Below are positions 19,301 to 42,700 of a stretch of 64,000 bases of DNA, piece after piece. Made by a program: the position numbers and the translations under genes. This DNA comes from the human T2T-CHM13v2.0 reference genome, Homo sapiens. Position 1 is the stretch's first letter; every line of letters begins with the position of its first letter. The stretch lies in assembly GCF_009914755.1 (NCBI RefSeq), contig NC_060943.1; one strand, written 5' to 3'. Below the pieces are notes generated by a model. That model ran no database searches and was not told the DNA's origin. It was given only the letters and a program-made list of their open reading frames with translations.

Positions 19301-19672
19301 GAGCGAGAGTCTCAAAAGGGGGGGATAAGGGAGGAGACCACCCCTCATATTGTCTTATGCCCAATATCTGCCTCCAAAGAAAGAAAAAGTAAAAACGAAA
19401 AGGCAGAAATGAAATCCACAAGCAGACAGCCCGGCGCCACACCCTGCAGCCCCCAGTCACGTAGGCCCTGCTTGCTCAATCAATCATGACCGTCTCACGC
19501 TCACACCCTTAGAGGTGTGAGCCCTTAAAAAGGACAGCAATTGCATCCTCGAGGAGCTCAGCTCTTGAGACAGGAGTCTTGCCGATGCCCCCGGCCAAAT
19601 AAACCCCTTCCTTCTTTAACTCGGTGTCTGAGGAGTTTTGTTTGCAGCTCGTCCTGCTACACTATCTCTCTA

Positions 19673-19831
<159 letters not shown>

Positions 19832-19832
19832 T

Positions 19833-19873
<41 letters not shown>

Positions 19874-20144
19874 AGAGAGAGAAGGAATTACTTAGGCAGA
19901 GAGCAAGGGCATGGGAGTCCTCGGTAAGGCTTTTCTTTTTAATGAAAAGCAGCCCCAAATCATTTTCTAACAAACAGCAGCCTGCAAGCTGGGAGCTTGC
20001 CTGGATGAATGCCAGCGGGAACTAAGGACTAGATATATTGAAGATGGCGGCTCTATCTTCCCTTCTCTGCCAGCCACGTGTGCTGTAAAGGAGCAGACAA
20101 GATGGCACAGATCAACTAGAAAGCCTATTTGCTTAAGAAGGGTA

Positions 20145-21552
<1,408 letters not shown>

Positions 21553-22384
21553 TGAGCCAGCAGGACTAGGAGAATTCTGTGCAAAAGGAAGCAACAAGAA
21601 ACAATTTTCACCTACATGAAAGTCTGGGCTGGCATGTCATCTCTGTTCTGCAAAATCTTTAGGAGCCAAAATTCTTTCACTCAAGTGCCTCCGACACATC
21701 AAAGGTGATGCCCTTGTCTGCAAAGTACAAAGTGACACACCACCATGGCTGAGTTCCAGGAAACAGGAAGGTCAAAAAGTGAAGGGAAGCAACTATCCTT
21801 CCTTTTCAAGGAAGTGCTTGCGCTAATAAATTCCGCTTACAACCCATTGGCCAGGACTTTGTCACATGACTCAGGCAAGGGAGACTGGGAAATGTAGTCT
21901 TCATTCTGATTAGCCATGTACCCAGCTGAAACTCCAGGGTTCTATTACTATCAGTAACAGAATTTTGTGCCTCAAGTGCAAATTTCAAGGGGGCATCTCA
22001 AACTGTCATTGTCAAAATAAATGATATTCTCAGGCAACATTTTAAAAAAAATCTAAAAAGTGAAGGTCAAAAAAATTCATGATGAACAAATTGCAAAGAT
22101 GTTTTAAAGATCAGATCCAACCCTACACTTCTACAATCTGCTTCATTTTTTTCCACCTTCATTCTGGTCTTGCAGCCCAAATTTGCATTCTGGCTCCAAC
22201 ACTTACCAGCTGTGTGACCTGCAGCAAGTGATTTAACCTCTCTGTGCCTCAGTTCCCTGGAAGTAATAAAAGTATCTCACAGGCTTGCTATGAGGTTGGA
22301 AGGAATTAATATTTGTAAACTGTTTAGCAAAGAGCCAGTACGTAGTAAGGAACTGGTGAGAACTATTACTATCATTGCTACTAC

Positions 22385-23021
22385 TGAAACGGCCTCCTTG
22401 TCTGGAGTAACACCCGAGGTTCACAGTCTCACAGCCAAGGAAAACAAGGACATAGACATAGAAAGAGTGAGGTCGAGAATGGAAGTTTCATAGGCGAAAG
22501 AAAGAGGAGAGCTCTCTGCTGCAGAGAGGGGTCCCGGAAAAATGGGTTGCCGTATCAGCGGGGAAATGTAGGGGGTTTTATAGAGAAGCTAGTGAGCAAA
22601 CGGTGTTTGATTTATATAGGGTGTGAAAAACTGGTTAGACCATGTGTCGCATTTGCATAGGGTGCAAATTTCTGGTAGCCTCTGACCCTAATCTTTTATT
22701 ATGCAGGCAGGTTCTCTGCCCGAGCTGCGCCATGTTGCCCATTTCTGTTACTGCACGCGTGGTAACATAAAAGGGAAGAGGAAGCGTCCATGTAGGGCCT
22801 GCCTGGCCCCTGGGTAGCTCTCTTCTATTGGCGCACCTGCCGGCATTCTCCCGTGTAAGCTTCCAGCTGTGCCTATCTATGTTTGCAGCTCAATTTTTCA
22901 GGCTGCTGCTTGTTAGAAAAGAAATGATTTGGGGGCTGCTTTTTGTTAGAAGGGAAGCTCTGCCGAGGACTCTGCTGCCTTCACTATCTGCCTAAATAAT
23001 TTCTTTCTACCTCCTGTATCA
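22385..23021 (-). mobile_element. Intact MER4-group ERV1 solo LTR (637 bp), related to the LTR starting at 14569
   Basis: TG...CA termini and a perfect TSD CTAC (22381-22384 / 23022-23025). Minus strand begins tgatacaggaggtagaaagaaattatttaggcagatag. Confidence 0.85.
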
Positions 23022-23046
23022 CTACGACTGTTGCTATTATTAATCT

Positions 23047-28220
<5,174 letters not shown>

Positions 28221-28349
28221 GTCTTTTTAGAGCAGTTTTAGTTTCGCAGCAAAATTGAGCAGAAAATACAAAAAGTTCCCACACACCCCTAGAGCCCCCT
28301 GCTCCCACAAACAATCCCATTGTTAACATCCCACCGCACCCGGCCGGCT

Positions 28350-29400
28350 CTGTGTATTTGTCTTCACTTTTTTCCCCTGCTTCTTGGATTTGCTAACTTT
28401 ATGGTTGCCTTATCTTCAAGTTTGTTGATCTTTTTTCTACCTACTCAAATCTGTTCTGGAATTCGTCTAATGAATTATCACCTCCATTATTGTAACTTTC
28501 AGCTCCAGAATTCCTGTTTGTGAATTTTTAATAATTTATTTCTTTCTATTGACATTCTCACTTCTTTCATATATCATTCTCATGATCTGCTTTAGTTCTT
28601 TGTTCATATTTTCCTTCATCTCACTGAACACATTGGAGACAGTTGATTTAATGTCTTTGACTAATAGTTTCAATGTGTGGGCTTCCCTAGTAACAGTATA
28701 TGTTAAATCATGGTTTATTGTAAATGAGTTATACTTTCCTATGTCTTTATGCTTTGTAATTACAACTGGACATCCTGAGTATTATGATTCATAAGTCTGG
28801 AACTCCGATGCTCCAAGTCTTCATGGATTGCTGATTTCTGCTTACTGAAGGCTGAAACTATTCATTTCTGACTTTTCCCGACTGTTTTTTGGCAACTGTG
28901 TATCCTTTGGGTGTGATCACTGAAGTGTCTTTTCCATTTTGTGGTCAGTTAGTAACATGACAAAGATTTTACAAGGCATCGAACCTCTAAGTCTGAGGGA
29001 TACCAAGGGACTCAAGAGAGCCAAAACAAGCATCTTATTGGCTTCTCAGGAATTGCCAGACCTAGTAGAGTGCAAATTCCCCAAATTTTGGAGGCCAAGG
29101 TCTCAACTGCCTGCTCTGGCACTGGTCACCTGTTTGAGGAAAATGGACTGTCTCCAAATTGCCCCACTCGGACGGAGGAATGGGGAGTGGGGGCTGGTTT
29201 GTGAAGGCTGTTCTCTTTCTAAAGTCTCAGTCTCTCTTTTCATCAAGCACTCCTCTCATTATTATAAGTGCTGCAACAGGATGACTAGTTCTGAAATCAT
29301 TGATTCTGTGTCTCCTGCCCCTCAGTTCACTGTTTATTTCACTGGAGGGAGGGGCTCCCAGAGCTTTCTACTCCGTCTTTTTGCTTGATCTCACTGTTTG
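28350..29400 (-). mobile_element. Old L1M fragment
   Basis: T-rich sequence typical of antisense L1 (tgtaactttcagctccagaattcctgtttg). Confidence 0.65.
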
Positions 29401-29428
29401 CTGACTTTCTGAGATATGCCCAAACTCA

Positions 29429-29743
<315 letters not shown>

Positions 29744-30022
29744 TCACTCTTTAGCAATCAATATGTGAAAATTATATTGAACTGGTAAAAATGCAGGTTA
29801 CAAAGATAAGATAAATATGAAATGCTATGATACACTTCTGACCACTGGAAGACATAAGAGAGAGTTGCAATGATTATATTTAATATTTTGGTTAGTAAAC
29901 AGAGAGAACGCATCTACCCAGGGATTCAGTAGGGGTATGTGAAGATTTAATAAGGTAAGTAATCCTTAGTTTTTGAGAAACCAGAGATAGAAAATATGTT
30001 GGTGATTTTTTTTTTTTTTTGA

Positions 30023-30372
<350 letters not shown>

Positions 30373-30374
30373 TA

Positions 30375-30464
<90 letters not shown>

Positions 30465-30925
30465 TCAATTTTTTTTTTTTAACTTTAAGTTCCGGGATAC
30501 ATGTGCAGAACATGCAGGTTTGTTACATAAGTATATGTGTGCCATGGCGGTTTGCTGCACCTGCTGACCCGTCCTCTAAGTTGCCTCCTCTCACTTCTCA
30601 CCCCCCAACAGGCCCGATGTGTGACGTTCCCCTCCCTGTGTCCATGTGTTCTCATTGTTCAGCTCCCACTTATGAGTGAGAACATGCGGTGTTTGGTTTT
30701 CTGTTCCTGTGTTAGTTTGCTGAGGGTGATGGTTTCCAGCTTCATCCATGTCCCTGCAAAGGACACGATCTCTTTCCTTTTTATGACTGCGTAGTATTCC
30801 ATGGTGTATAGGTACCACATTTTCTTTATCCAGTCTATCATCGATGGACATTTGGGTTGGTGCCATGACTTTGCTATTGTAAATAGTGCTGCAATAAACA
30901 TATGGTGCGTGTGTCTTTATAGTAG

Positions 30926-31222
<297 letters not shown>

Positions 31223-31264
31223 TGAGCCGCCACACCCGGCCAGGATTGTTATTACTACTTTTAA

Positions 31265-31504
31265 CCCATTTCCCATTTGCCCCGAGAATACTCTTGTCTC
31301 TAATCCCAATGTAACATCATATACATTTCTGCTACATTAGGATTAGAGACAAATTCTGTTCAGAAATAACTCCAAGAACAGTTTTTATATTTTATTTGCA
31401 CATTGAAACTCAACCAGATTTGCTTCAGCCTCAACAAGTGTGTTTATGTAAAGTTAAATGAACTCTGGCAGTGAGCTGCACGTTTTTTAAAATTAGGAAA
31501 TGAG
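31265..31504 (+). mobile_element. MER75B-like non-autonomous piggyBac element
   Basis: TTAA / TTAG target remnants, terminal inverted repeats cccatttcc / ggaaatgag, internal palindrome, ~240 bp. Confidence 0.85.
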
Positions 31505-31751
31505 TTAGCTAATATTGAACTTGAGGTTTTAGTCAATGCAATGAGACAAAAAGATTGAATAGGAAGAAATGAGTCATTATTTAGAGATTACTTCATTATG
31601 TATGTAGAAAATTCTAGGCCAGTCATTGTGGCTCACGCCTGTAACCCCAGCACTTTAGGAGGCCGAGGTGGGTGGATCATGAGGCCAGGAGATCGAGACT
31701 ATCCTGGCTAACACGGTGAAACCCTGTCTCTACTAAAAATACAAAGAACTA

Positions 31752-32561
<810 letters not shown>

Positions 32562-32899
32562 TAGCAACAACACCGGAGGCAAAGCCAAAGTACAAAAATA
32601 AATCATATTTTTATATACCACTGTCAACTAGAAAAGACATGTAAAACTATGTCATTTACAAACTCAACAAAAATATATCAAATACCTGGGACTACATCTA
32701 ATGGAAGCACTATATAAATTCTACACCAAAAACCATAAAATGTTACTGAGAAAATTAAAGAAAGCTTAAATAAATAGAAGGATATACCATGGCCAAGAGG
32801 TTGGAACATTTAATACCATGAAGACACCAATTCTACACCAATATCTATTGATCTATAGATTCAATGCAATCCCAGTCAATACCTCAGCAGGAAGTATAC

Positions 32900-32927
32900 G
32901 TGTGTGTGTGTGTATGTGTGTGCGCGT

Positions 32928-32958
<31 letters not shown>
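32900..32958. repeat. (GT)n(GA)n compound microsatellite
   Basis: Direct reading. Confidence 0.95.
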
Positions 32959-33236
32959 CTGATTCTAATAAAAACACAGGGAAATGCAAAGAACTAAGAA
33001 AGACAAGATGATCTGTAAAAAGAACAGAATGGAGAGACTCTACTATATATTGAGTCTTATTAAAAGGCTACAGCAAGTTAAACAGTGTGGTATTAGTGCC
33101 ATCAGGGACTACAATCCAGTGGGATTATAAAAATAATTGCTTGGCCGGGTGCAGTGGCTCATGCCTGTAATCCCAGCACTTTGGGAGGCTGAGGCGGGCG
33201 GATCACGAGGTCAGGAGATCGAGACCATCCTGGCTA

Positions 33237-33725
<489 letters not shown>

Positions 33726-34524
33726 TTAGCTACATTACTCCAAAAAAAAGTAAAACCACGTGGAATCCCCCTTATTCAACAGTGGAAATTGGCAAGACTG
33801 GGCATGACTCTGAGAGTGAGTCAACAATGTGGCAGGATATGTTTCGAACCTTTATCCTTTCACAGAAACATTCATTTCAATAATCTTCTGTGCAGAAAAA
33901 TACTTTCACAAGAGTCAAAGAATCAGCTGAGAGACCACAGAACTTGAATGGAAAATAACGGTAAGAAAAGATAGGCCGAGCATGGTGGCTCACGCCTGTA
34001 ATTCCAGCACTTTTGGAGGCCGAGGTGGGTGGATCACCTGAGGTCAGGAGTTCCAACCAGCCTGATGAACATGGAGAAACCCCATCTCTACTAAAAATAC
34101 AAAAAAAAAATTAGCCAGACGTGGTGGACGCACCTGTAATCCCAGGTACTCAGGAGGCTGGGGCAGAAGAATGTCTTGAACCGGGAGGCAGAGGTTGCGG
34201 TGAGCCGAGATCGCGCCATTGCACTCCAACCTGGGCGACAGAGCGAGACTCCATCTCAAAAAAAAAAAAAAAAAAAAAAAGGCAAAAAGAAAGAAAAACA
34301 AGAAAAAGAAAAGAAAAGATGTACTGAAGATGGTAGGAAAGAGTTTCACTTGATCTGCATCATCCCCTTCCTGAACCCAAGGCAGCACAGAGAGAGAAAC
34401 CCACTTCATGGGGGATGGAGAGTAAAGTGAGTTCCTGGCTGCACTGCAGACCTGAGCCCGAGTTCCACTTTAGCGAACACGGATACAGGCTGTCCAGAGA
34501 AAAGCAAGTGGAAACTACAGAAAC

Positions 34525-34908
34525 TGTTGTAGAACTTTTACTTGCTGGTCTGGTCTTGGTTGTATCCATCTTTGGCCAGTCACATATGTACTCAAGAAAC
34601 CTTCCCAATAGAGTACAACAGGATGAGACTCTGAAATCCCTTTCAATATTCCCTGCTAGATATTGATTGTTATATCAAGCATTAAGTGTAAACTTTTAAT
34701 GGACAATTAGTGTAACTGTGGATGGCATCTGCTTTTGTTTTTAATTCTGTGGATTGTGTTTAAGCAATTCAATAGTATGTTCCTGATTTTGAGATGCTAA
34801 GTGGTATTGCACAGATGTCATTTTATCCAGCATGTGCAACAGTCCCATGAAGTTTATAGAGCATACCCTTGTATAGCTTCAGGTGCTAGAATTAAAATTG
34901 ATCTGTTA

Positions 34909-34910
<2 letters not shown>
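34525..34910 (+). pseudogene. Probable retroposed mRNA 3'UTR fragment (parent gene not identified)
   Basis: Unique UTR-like sequence interrupting the L1 5' region; ATTAAA at 34891-34896, 14 nt before a (CA)n tract at the tail position. Confidence 0.55.

Positions 34911-34942
<32 letters not shown>
34911..34942. repeat. (AC)16 microsatellite
   Basis: Direct reading. Confidence 0.97.
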
Positions 34943-34945
<3 letters not shown>

Positions 34946-35872
34946 ATCATTCATGTGGACTCAAACTCCAGTTCCATCCCAGGGGATCCAGGCACCAGGT
35001 CAGCCCCTGTGGAACCAGGTGCCAAGCCTCCTCTCTTGCTGAAATAGGCACCAGGCAATCCCTCTCAAGGACTCCAGCGAGAAGTCCACCAGCAACTCCC
35101 CACCAAACAGGCTGCCTAGAATCTCTAGATAGGCTGACTGGCAAAGTGCTTTTCCTGCTAAAGCCAGTATGTAAAGAACTGACTACTTCAAATGCACAGA
35201 CACTAATGCAAGGCCATAAGGATCATGAATAATCAGAGAAACATGACATCACCAAAAGAACAAAATAAAGTATGAGAAACTGACACAAAAGAAGTGGACA
35301 TCAACGAACTCCAGATGAAAAATTCAAAATAATCATCTTAAAGAAGCTCAGTGAATTATAAGAGAACACAGAGAGACAACTGAATGGGAAACAAAACATA
35401 ATGAAATGACAAATTCAACAAAGAGATAGAACCTATATTTAAAAAAGGACTAAAAAGAAATTCTGGAGCTGAAGAAAACAAGGACTGAACTGAAAGTCTC
35501 CATGAAGAGCTTCAACAGCAGATGTGATCAAGAAGAAGAAAGAATCAGTGAGCTCAAAGGCAGGACATTTGAAATTATCCATTCAAAGGAGCAAACATAA
35601 AAAAGAATAAATAATACTGAAAAAGCTCAATAGGCTTATGAGATACCATTAAGTGAACCAATATATGCATTATGTAAGTGCTCCAAAAGGAGCAGGAAAG
35701 GTGAAAAGGAGAGAAAACATATTTACAAAAACAATGATAGAAAAATTTTGAGGCCAGCCGTCGTGGCTCATGCCTGTAATTCTAGCACTTTGCAGGGCTG
35801 AGGCAGGTGGGTCACTTGAGGTCAGGAGTGTGAGACCAGCCTGGCCAACATGGTGAAACCCTGTCTCTACTA

Positions 35873-36025
<153 letters not shown>

Positions 36026-36434
36026 CTATCTCAAACAAAAACAAAAACAAACCCCCCAAAATTTCCAAATCTGGAAAAGGAAAAATGAATATGAAGATCC
36101 ATGAAGCCCCAAAAACCCCAAATAGGGTTAAGGTATAGAGAACGTCACTGAGACACATTGTAATAAAATTCTCAAAAATCAGAGATAAAAAGAATTTGAA
36201 AGCAGCAAGAGAAAAGCAACTCATCATATACAACAGAACCTCTATTCAAGTATTAGAGATTCCTCAGCAGAAACATTCCAGGCCAGGAGAAAGTGGGATG
36301 ATGTATTCCAAGTGCCAAAAGAGAACAAAAACAACTGTCAATCAAGAGTACTATAACAGCAAAGCTATCCTTTAGAAATAAAAATAAGTAAATAAAAACT
36401 TTCCCTGATAAACAAAAACTGAGGGAGTTCCTCA

Positions 36435-36854
<420 letters not shown>

Positions 36855-38244
36855 TCAAATTCAGAATGCTTTAATACTGTAATGGTGTGTACAGATCATT
36901 TTAAACCGTAGAATAAAAAGCAAAAATATTTTAAAACTATACAGTAATGTTAATGGATACAAAATATTAAAATATATAAAATGTAACATTAATAACATAT
37001 AAGAGGGAAGTACAAGTGTAGAGTTTTTTATGTGATCAAAATTAAGTTGCTAGCAACTTAAGATGAACTGTTATAACTATAAGATGCTTATGTAAACCTC
37101 ATGGTAACCACAGAGAAAAAACCTGCAGTAGATACACAAAAGAGAGACAGAAAGAATCAAAGCTTATCACTACCCCAAATCATCAAATCACAAAAGACAT
37201 TAAGAGAGGAAGAAAGAAATGAAGGAACTACAAAAACAGTCAGAAAAAGATATGGAAAACAGAAATAGTAATTACCTATCAATAATTATTTCAAATGTAT
37301 GTGGATTAAATTCTCCAACCAAAATATGTAAAGTGGCTGAATGGATTAAAAAAACAAGAGCCATCTATATGCTGCTTACAAGAGACTAATTTTACTTTTA
37401 AGGACATATATGGGCTGAAAGTAAAAGGATGGAAAAAGATATACCATGCAAATGGTAGCCAAAAGAGAGAAGGGGTAACTGTATTTATATCAGACAAGAT
37501 TAGCTTTTAGTAAAAAACTGTCACAAGAGACAAAGGAGGTCATTATATAGTAATAAAGAGGTCAATTCGTAAAGATGATCTGCCAATTATAAATATATTT
37601 GCATCCAACATTGGAGTTTCTATTATATAAGCAAATATTAACAGATGGGAAGAGAGAGATAGATAGCAATACATACTAATAGAGGAATTTGATACCCCAC
37701 TCTCTATGATAGATAGAACATCCAGACAGAAAATGAATAAGGAAACAGTAGACTTGAATAACACTGCAGACCAAAGGACCTTGCAGACATATATAGAACA
37801 TTTCATCAAACAGCAGCAGAATACACATTTTTCCTCCAAATACACATGGAACATTCTCTAGGACAGATCAAGTGTTAGGTCACAAAATAGGTCTTAACAA
37901 GTTTAAGAAGACTGAAATCATATCAAGTATGTTTTCTCACCACAATGATACGAAACTAGAAATCAAAATAGGAAGAAAATTAGAAAATGCACTAATATAT
38001 GAAAATTAAACAACACATTCCTGAACAATAAATGAGTCAAAGAAGAAATAAAAAGAGAAATAAAAGAGTAGCTTGACAATACAAAAATGGAGAAAGACTG
38101 TATCAAAATTTATGGGAGGTAGCAACAGCAGTTTTAAGAGTGAAGTTTATAGCAATAAATGCCTACATTAAGAAAAGAGAGGCCAGGCACGGGTGGCTCA
38201 CGCCTGTAATCCCAGCACTTTGGGAGGCCTAGGTGGGTGGATCA

Positions 38245-38526
<282 letters not shown>

Positions 38527-39448
38527 CTAAGTTTATACTTCAAGGAAATAGACAAATTAAGCAAAAGTTAGTAGAGGAAGAAAATAACGGAGCAATAAAT
38601 AAATAAAATCGAGACTACAAACGCAATAGAAAAGATCAATGAAACTAAGAGCTGGTTTTATAAAAAGATAAACAAAATTGACAAAACTTTAGCTAGACTA
38701 AGAAAAAAGAGAGGAGACTCAAAATCAGAAATGAGAGGACACATTACAACTGATACTACTGAAATACAAAGGATTATAAGAGACTATTATGCACAGTTAT
38801 ACACCAACAGATTGGGTAGCCTAGAAGAAATGATAAATTCCTAGAAACACAAACCTACCAAGTCTGAATCATGAAGAAATTAAAAAAGATCTGAACAGAC
38901 CAATAATAAATTAGGAGATGGAATCAGTAATCAAAAGTGCTCCAACAAAGACAAGTCTGTGGCCAGGTGGCTTCACTGGTGAATTTCACTAACCTTTAAA
39001 AGAAAAATTAACACTAATCTTCTCAAACTATTCAAAAAATTGAAGAGGTGGGAATATTATCAAACTAATTTTACAAGGATAGTATTACTCTGATACCAAA
39101 GCCAGAAAAAGCACTAGAAGAAAAGAAAATTACAGGCTAATATCCCTTAGAAACACAAATGCAAAATTCTCAACAAAGTACTAGCAAACCTAATTCAACA
39201 GCACATTAAGAGGCTCATTCACCATGATCAAGTGGGATTTATCCCTAGGATGCAGGGATGGTTCCAAATACAGAGATTAATAAATATAATACACCATATT
39301 AACAGAATGAAGGATAAAAATTATATTATCATCTCACTAGATGCAGAAAATCATTTGACACAATTCAACATCCTTTCACGATAAAAGCTAGCAACAAAGT
39401 AGGTATAGAAGGAAGGTATCTTAACATAATAAAGGCCATATATGATAA

Positions 39449-39790
<342 letters not shown>

Positions 39791-42700
39791 TAATTTTGTA
39801 TGTTTAGTAGAGACCGGGTTTCTCCACATTGGTCAGGGTGGTCTTGAACTCCTGACCTCAATGATCCGCCTGTTTCGGTCTCCCAAAGTGCTGGGATTAC
39901 AGATGTGAGCCATTGCACCCAGCCTAGAGAATCTTACAGATGCCACAAACAAATCTCTTAGAATTAATAAACAAATTCAATTGCAAGATTCAACATCAAT
40001 GTAGACAATTCAGTGTGTTTCTACACACTGACAACAATCTATCTGAAAAAATAATCAATAAAGCAATCCCATTTAAAATAGAATAAAAAATGCTCAGGAA
40101 TTAATTTATCCAAGGAAGTAAAAGATCCGTTTACAAAAAAAAAATTGATCAAAGAAATTGTAGAAGACACAAATGAATGAAAAGATATCCCATGTTCATG
40201 GATTGAAGGAATTAATATTGTTAAAATGTCCATGCTACACAAAGTGATCCACAGATTCTATGCAAATCCCTATCAAAATTTCAGGGGTATTTTTCATAGA
40301 AATAGAAACAAAATTCTAAAATTTAACCACAAAAGACTTTGAATAATAAACACAATTCAGCAAGAAAAACAAAGCTGAAGGCATCAGTTCTGGATTTCAA
40401 ACTATATTACAAATCTATAGTAATCAAGACAGTATGTTACTGGAATGACAGCAGACACACAGACCAATGGAACAGAATAAAAAGTCCAGAAGTAAACTCA
40501 CACATGTACAGTCAATGAATTTCAGACAAAAGTGCTGAGAACACACAATGGGAAAAGGAGAGCTCTTTGATAAATGATGCTGGGAAAAATAGATATCCAC
40601 ATGCAGAAGAATGAAATTAGACCCTCATCTTGTTACTGAAACACCAGGGATATGGTCTAGGTCTGCTGCTTGCCACACAGAAAGCCAATGGCTGAGGTGA
40701 TGAGTATTGCCAGGGAAGAAGGCTTTAATTGGGTGCTGCAGCTGAGGAGGTGGGAGATCAGTCTTGAATCCATCCCCTTGACTGACTAAAATTAGGGGTT
40801 TATGTAGCTGGGAAGAAATGTAATGATGTGTGGGAAAATGGGAACTTGGGAGGCATAAGGAAGTAATCGTGATGAATGAGGGGTCTGGATGTGATGATCT
40901 GGTGAGTTTCAGTTCTTTGATATTTTTTGAGATGCCTGGGTTGGGGTGGGGAGGTTCCTTCTTGAAGAAGAAGAAATTCAGATAAAACAAACATAAGTTT
41001 CAAGGTTTAAGACTGGAAGTGTCCATTTCTATTTATCAAAAACAAAACAGTCTATGGGACTATTGGGTCAGTTTCAGTCCCCTCTATTTATCAATTTTTT
41101 TAATCATGGGGAATCTGACCATTGATCTTTCTGGCTGCTTCATGCTGAGGAGGTGACCATGTGGCCACCTTCTGAAACACAATCATTCTCTGTCCAGCCA
41201 CCACTGCCCCCACCAAAGACAAGTCAAAGCAGGATGAACCTACCTGCAAAATAAGCTTCAGTCCATGGCTGGGCATGGTGGCTTCTGCCTGTAATCCCAG
41301 CAGTTTGGGAGGCCAAGGCAGGTGGATCACTTGAGGCCAGGAGTTGGAGACCCAGGAGATGGAGGTTGCAGTGAGCCAGTCTGGGTGACAGAGTGAGACT
41401 CTGTCTAAAAAATAAAAAATAAAAAAGCTTTGGTCCCATATACTTGGCCTGATTACCCCCAAAAAGTGCAGCAAAAATCATTGTCCACATAGATCCTTCT
41501 AAATTGGCCTTGCTGGAACCTCACACTGTTCCATTATAAAAGAAAATAGGTTCTTACTCAAATTATGCCAAGAAACACATTGACATATCAGAATTTTAGG
41601 AATCTCATACAATCCTAGAACATATATTAACAACTCATCTATATAAATATAACCCTAAGGGCCAGGCGTGGTGGCTCACGCCTGTAATCCCAGCACTCTG
41701 GGAGGCCGAGGCAGGCGGATCACGAGGTCAGGAGTTTGAGACCAGCCTGGCCAGTATGGTGAAACCCTGTCTCTACTAAAAATACAAAAATTAGCCGGGC
41801 ATGGTGGCACGTGCCTGTAATCTCAGCTACTTGGGAGGGTGAGGCAGAAGAATTGCTTGAACCTGGGAGGCAGAGGTTGCAGTGAGCCAAGATTGAGCCA
41901 CTGTACTCCAGTCTGGGCGACAGAGTGAGACTCCATCTCAAAAATAAAATATAACCCGAAGGAAGCTAAACACCACCTTGGATCTGACAATGTTTCCTGC
42001 ATGATTCTAAAATAACAAATTAACCTAAGATATCTCTCTTGGACTTGAGGGAACCTAATATCCAAAAAAGTTAGTTTGAGGTCAAAAAGACTGAATTTAG
42101 ACCTTTAAATTGTGCTCCTAGAAATTTTGCCAATTACAAAAATTTTAAAACACTTGATATCACAAAACATGATCACAGGTCACAATAAAATAGTCATTTA
42201 TGGCCGGGTGCAGTGGCTCACACCTGTAATCCCAGCACTTTGGGAGGCCAAGGCAGGCAGATCATCTGAGGTCAGGTGTTCAAGACCAGCCTGGCCAACA
42301 TTGTAAAACCGCGTCTCTACTAAAAATACAAAAATTAGCCAGGTGTGGTGGCACGTGCCTGTTAATCCCAGCTACTTGAGAGGCTGAGGCAGGAGAACTG
42401 CTTGAACCTGGAGGCAGAGGTTGCAGTGAGCTGAGATTGGGCCACTGCACTCCAGCCTGGGCGACAAGAATGAAATTCTGTCCCAAAAAAAAAAAAAAAG
42501 AAAAAAAGGAAAACACAAGTCATTTATTTAGCCAAAATGATAAAACAAAAATATTTACCTTTTAATAGGAGATACAGTTTCTCAAACAATAAGACAGCAT
42601 GAGACCAAACAAATCTGTCCCTCTCCAATCCATTTTTTCCCTCCAGTTTACTTAAACAAAACTATTTTCTCTCTTATTAATATTATACAAATTTTGTTCA

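Larger units (their letters stand above)
14709..19661 (+). mobile_element. Defective HERV-E/Harlequin-type provirus with LTR2 LTRs; no pol
   Basis: 5' LTR 14709-15169 and 3' LTR 19326-19661 (taagggaggagaccacccctc...gctaca), tRNA-Glu PBS, PPT at ~19314-19325, gag and env remnants, 4-bp TSD ctgt/ctat. Confidence 0.92.

Noticed and set aside
28939-29388. 149-aa ORF in non-Alu sequence
   Set aside because: TTG start, lies in degraded L1-like sequence, no recognisable homology.
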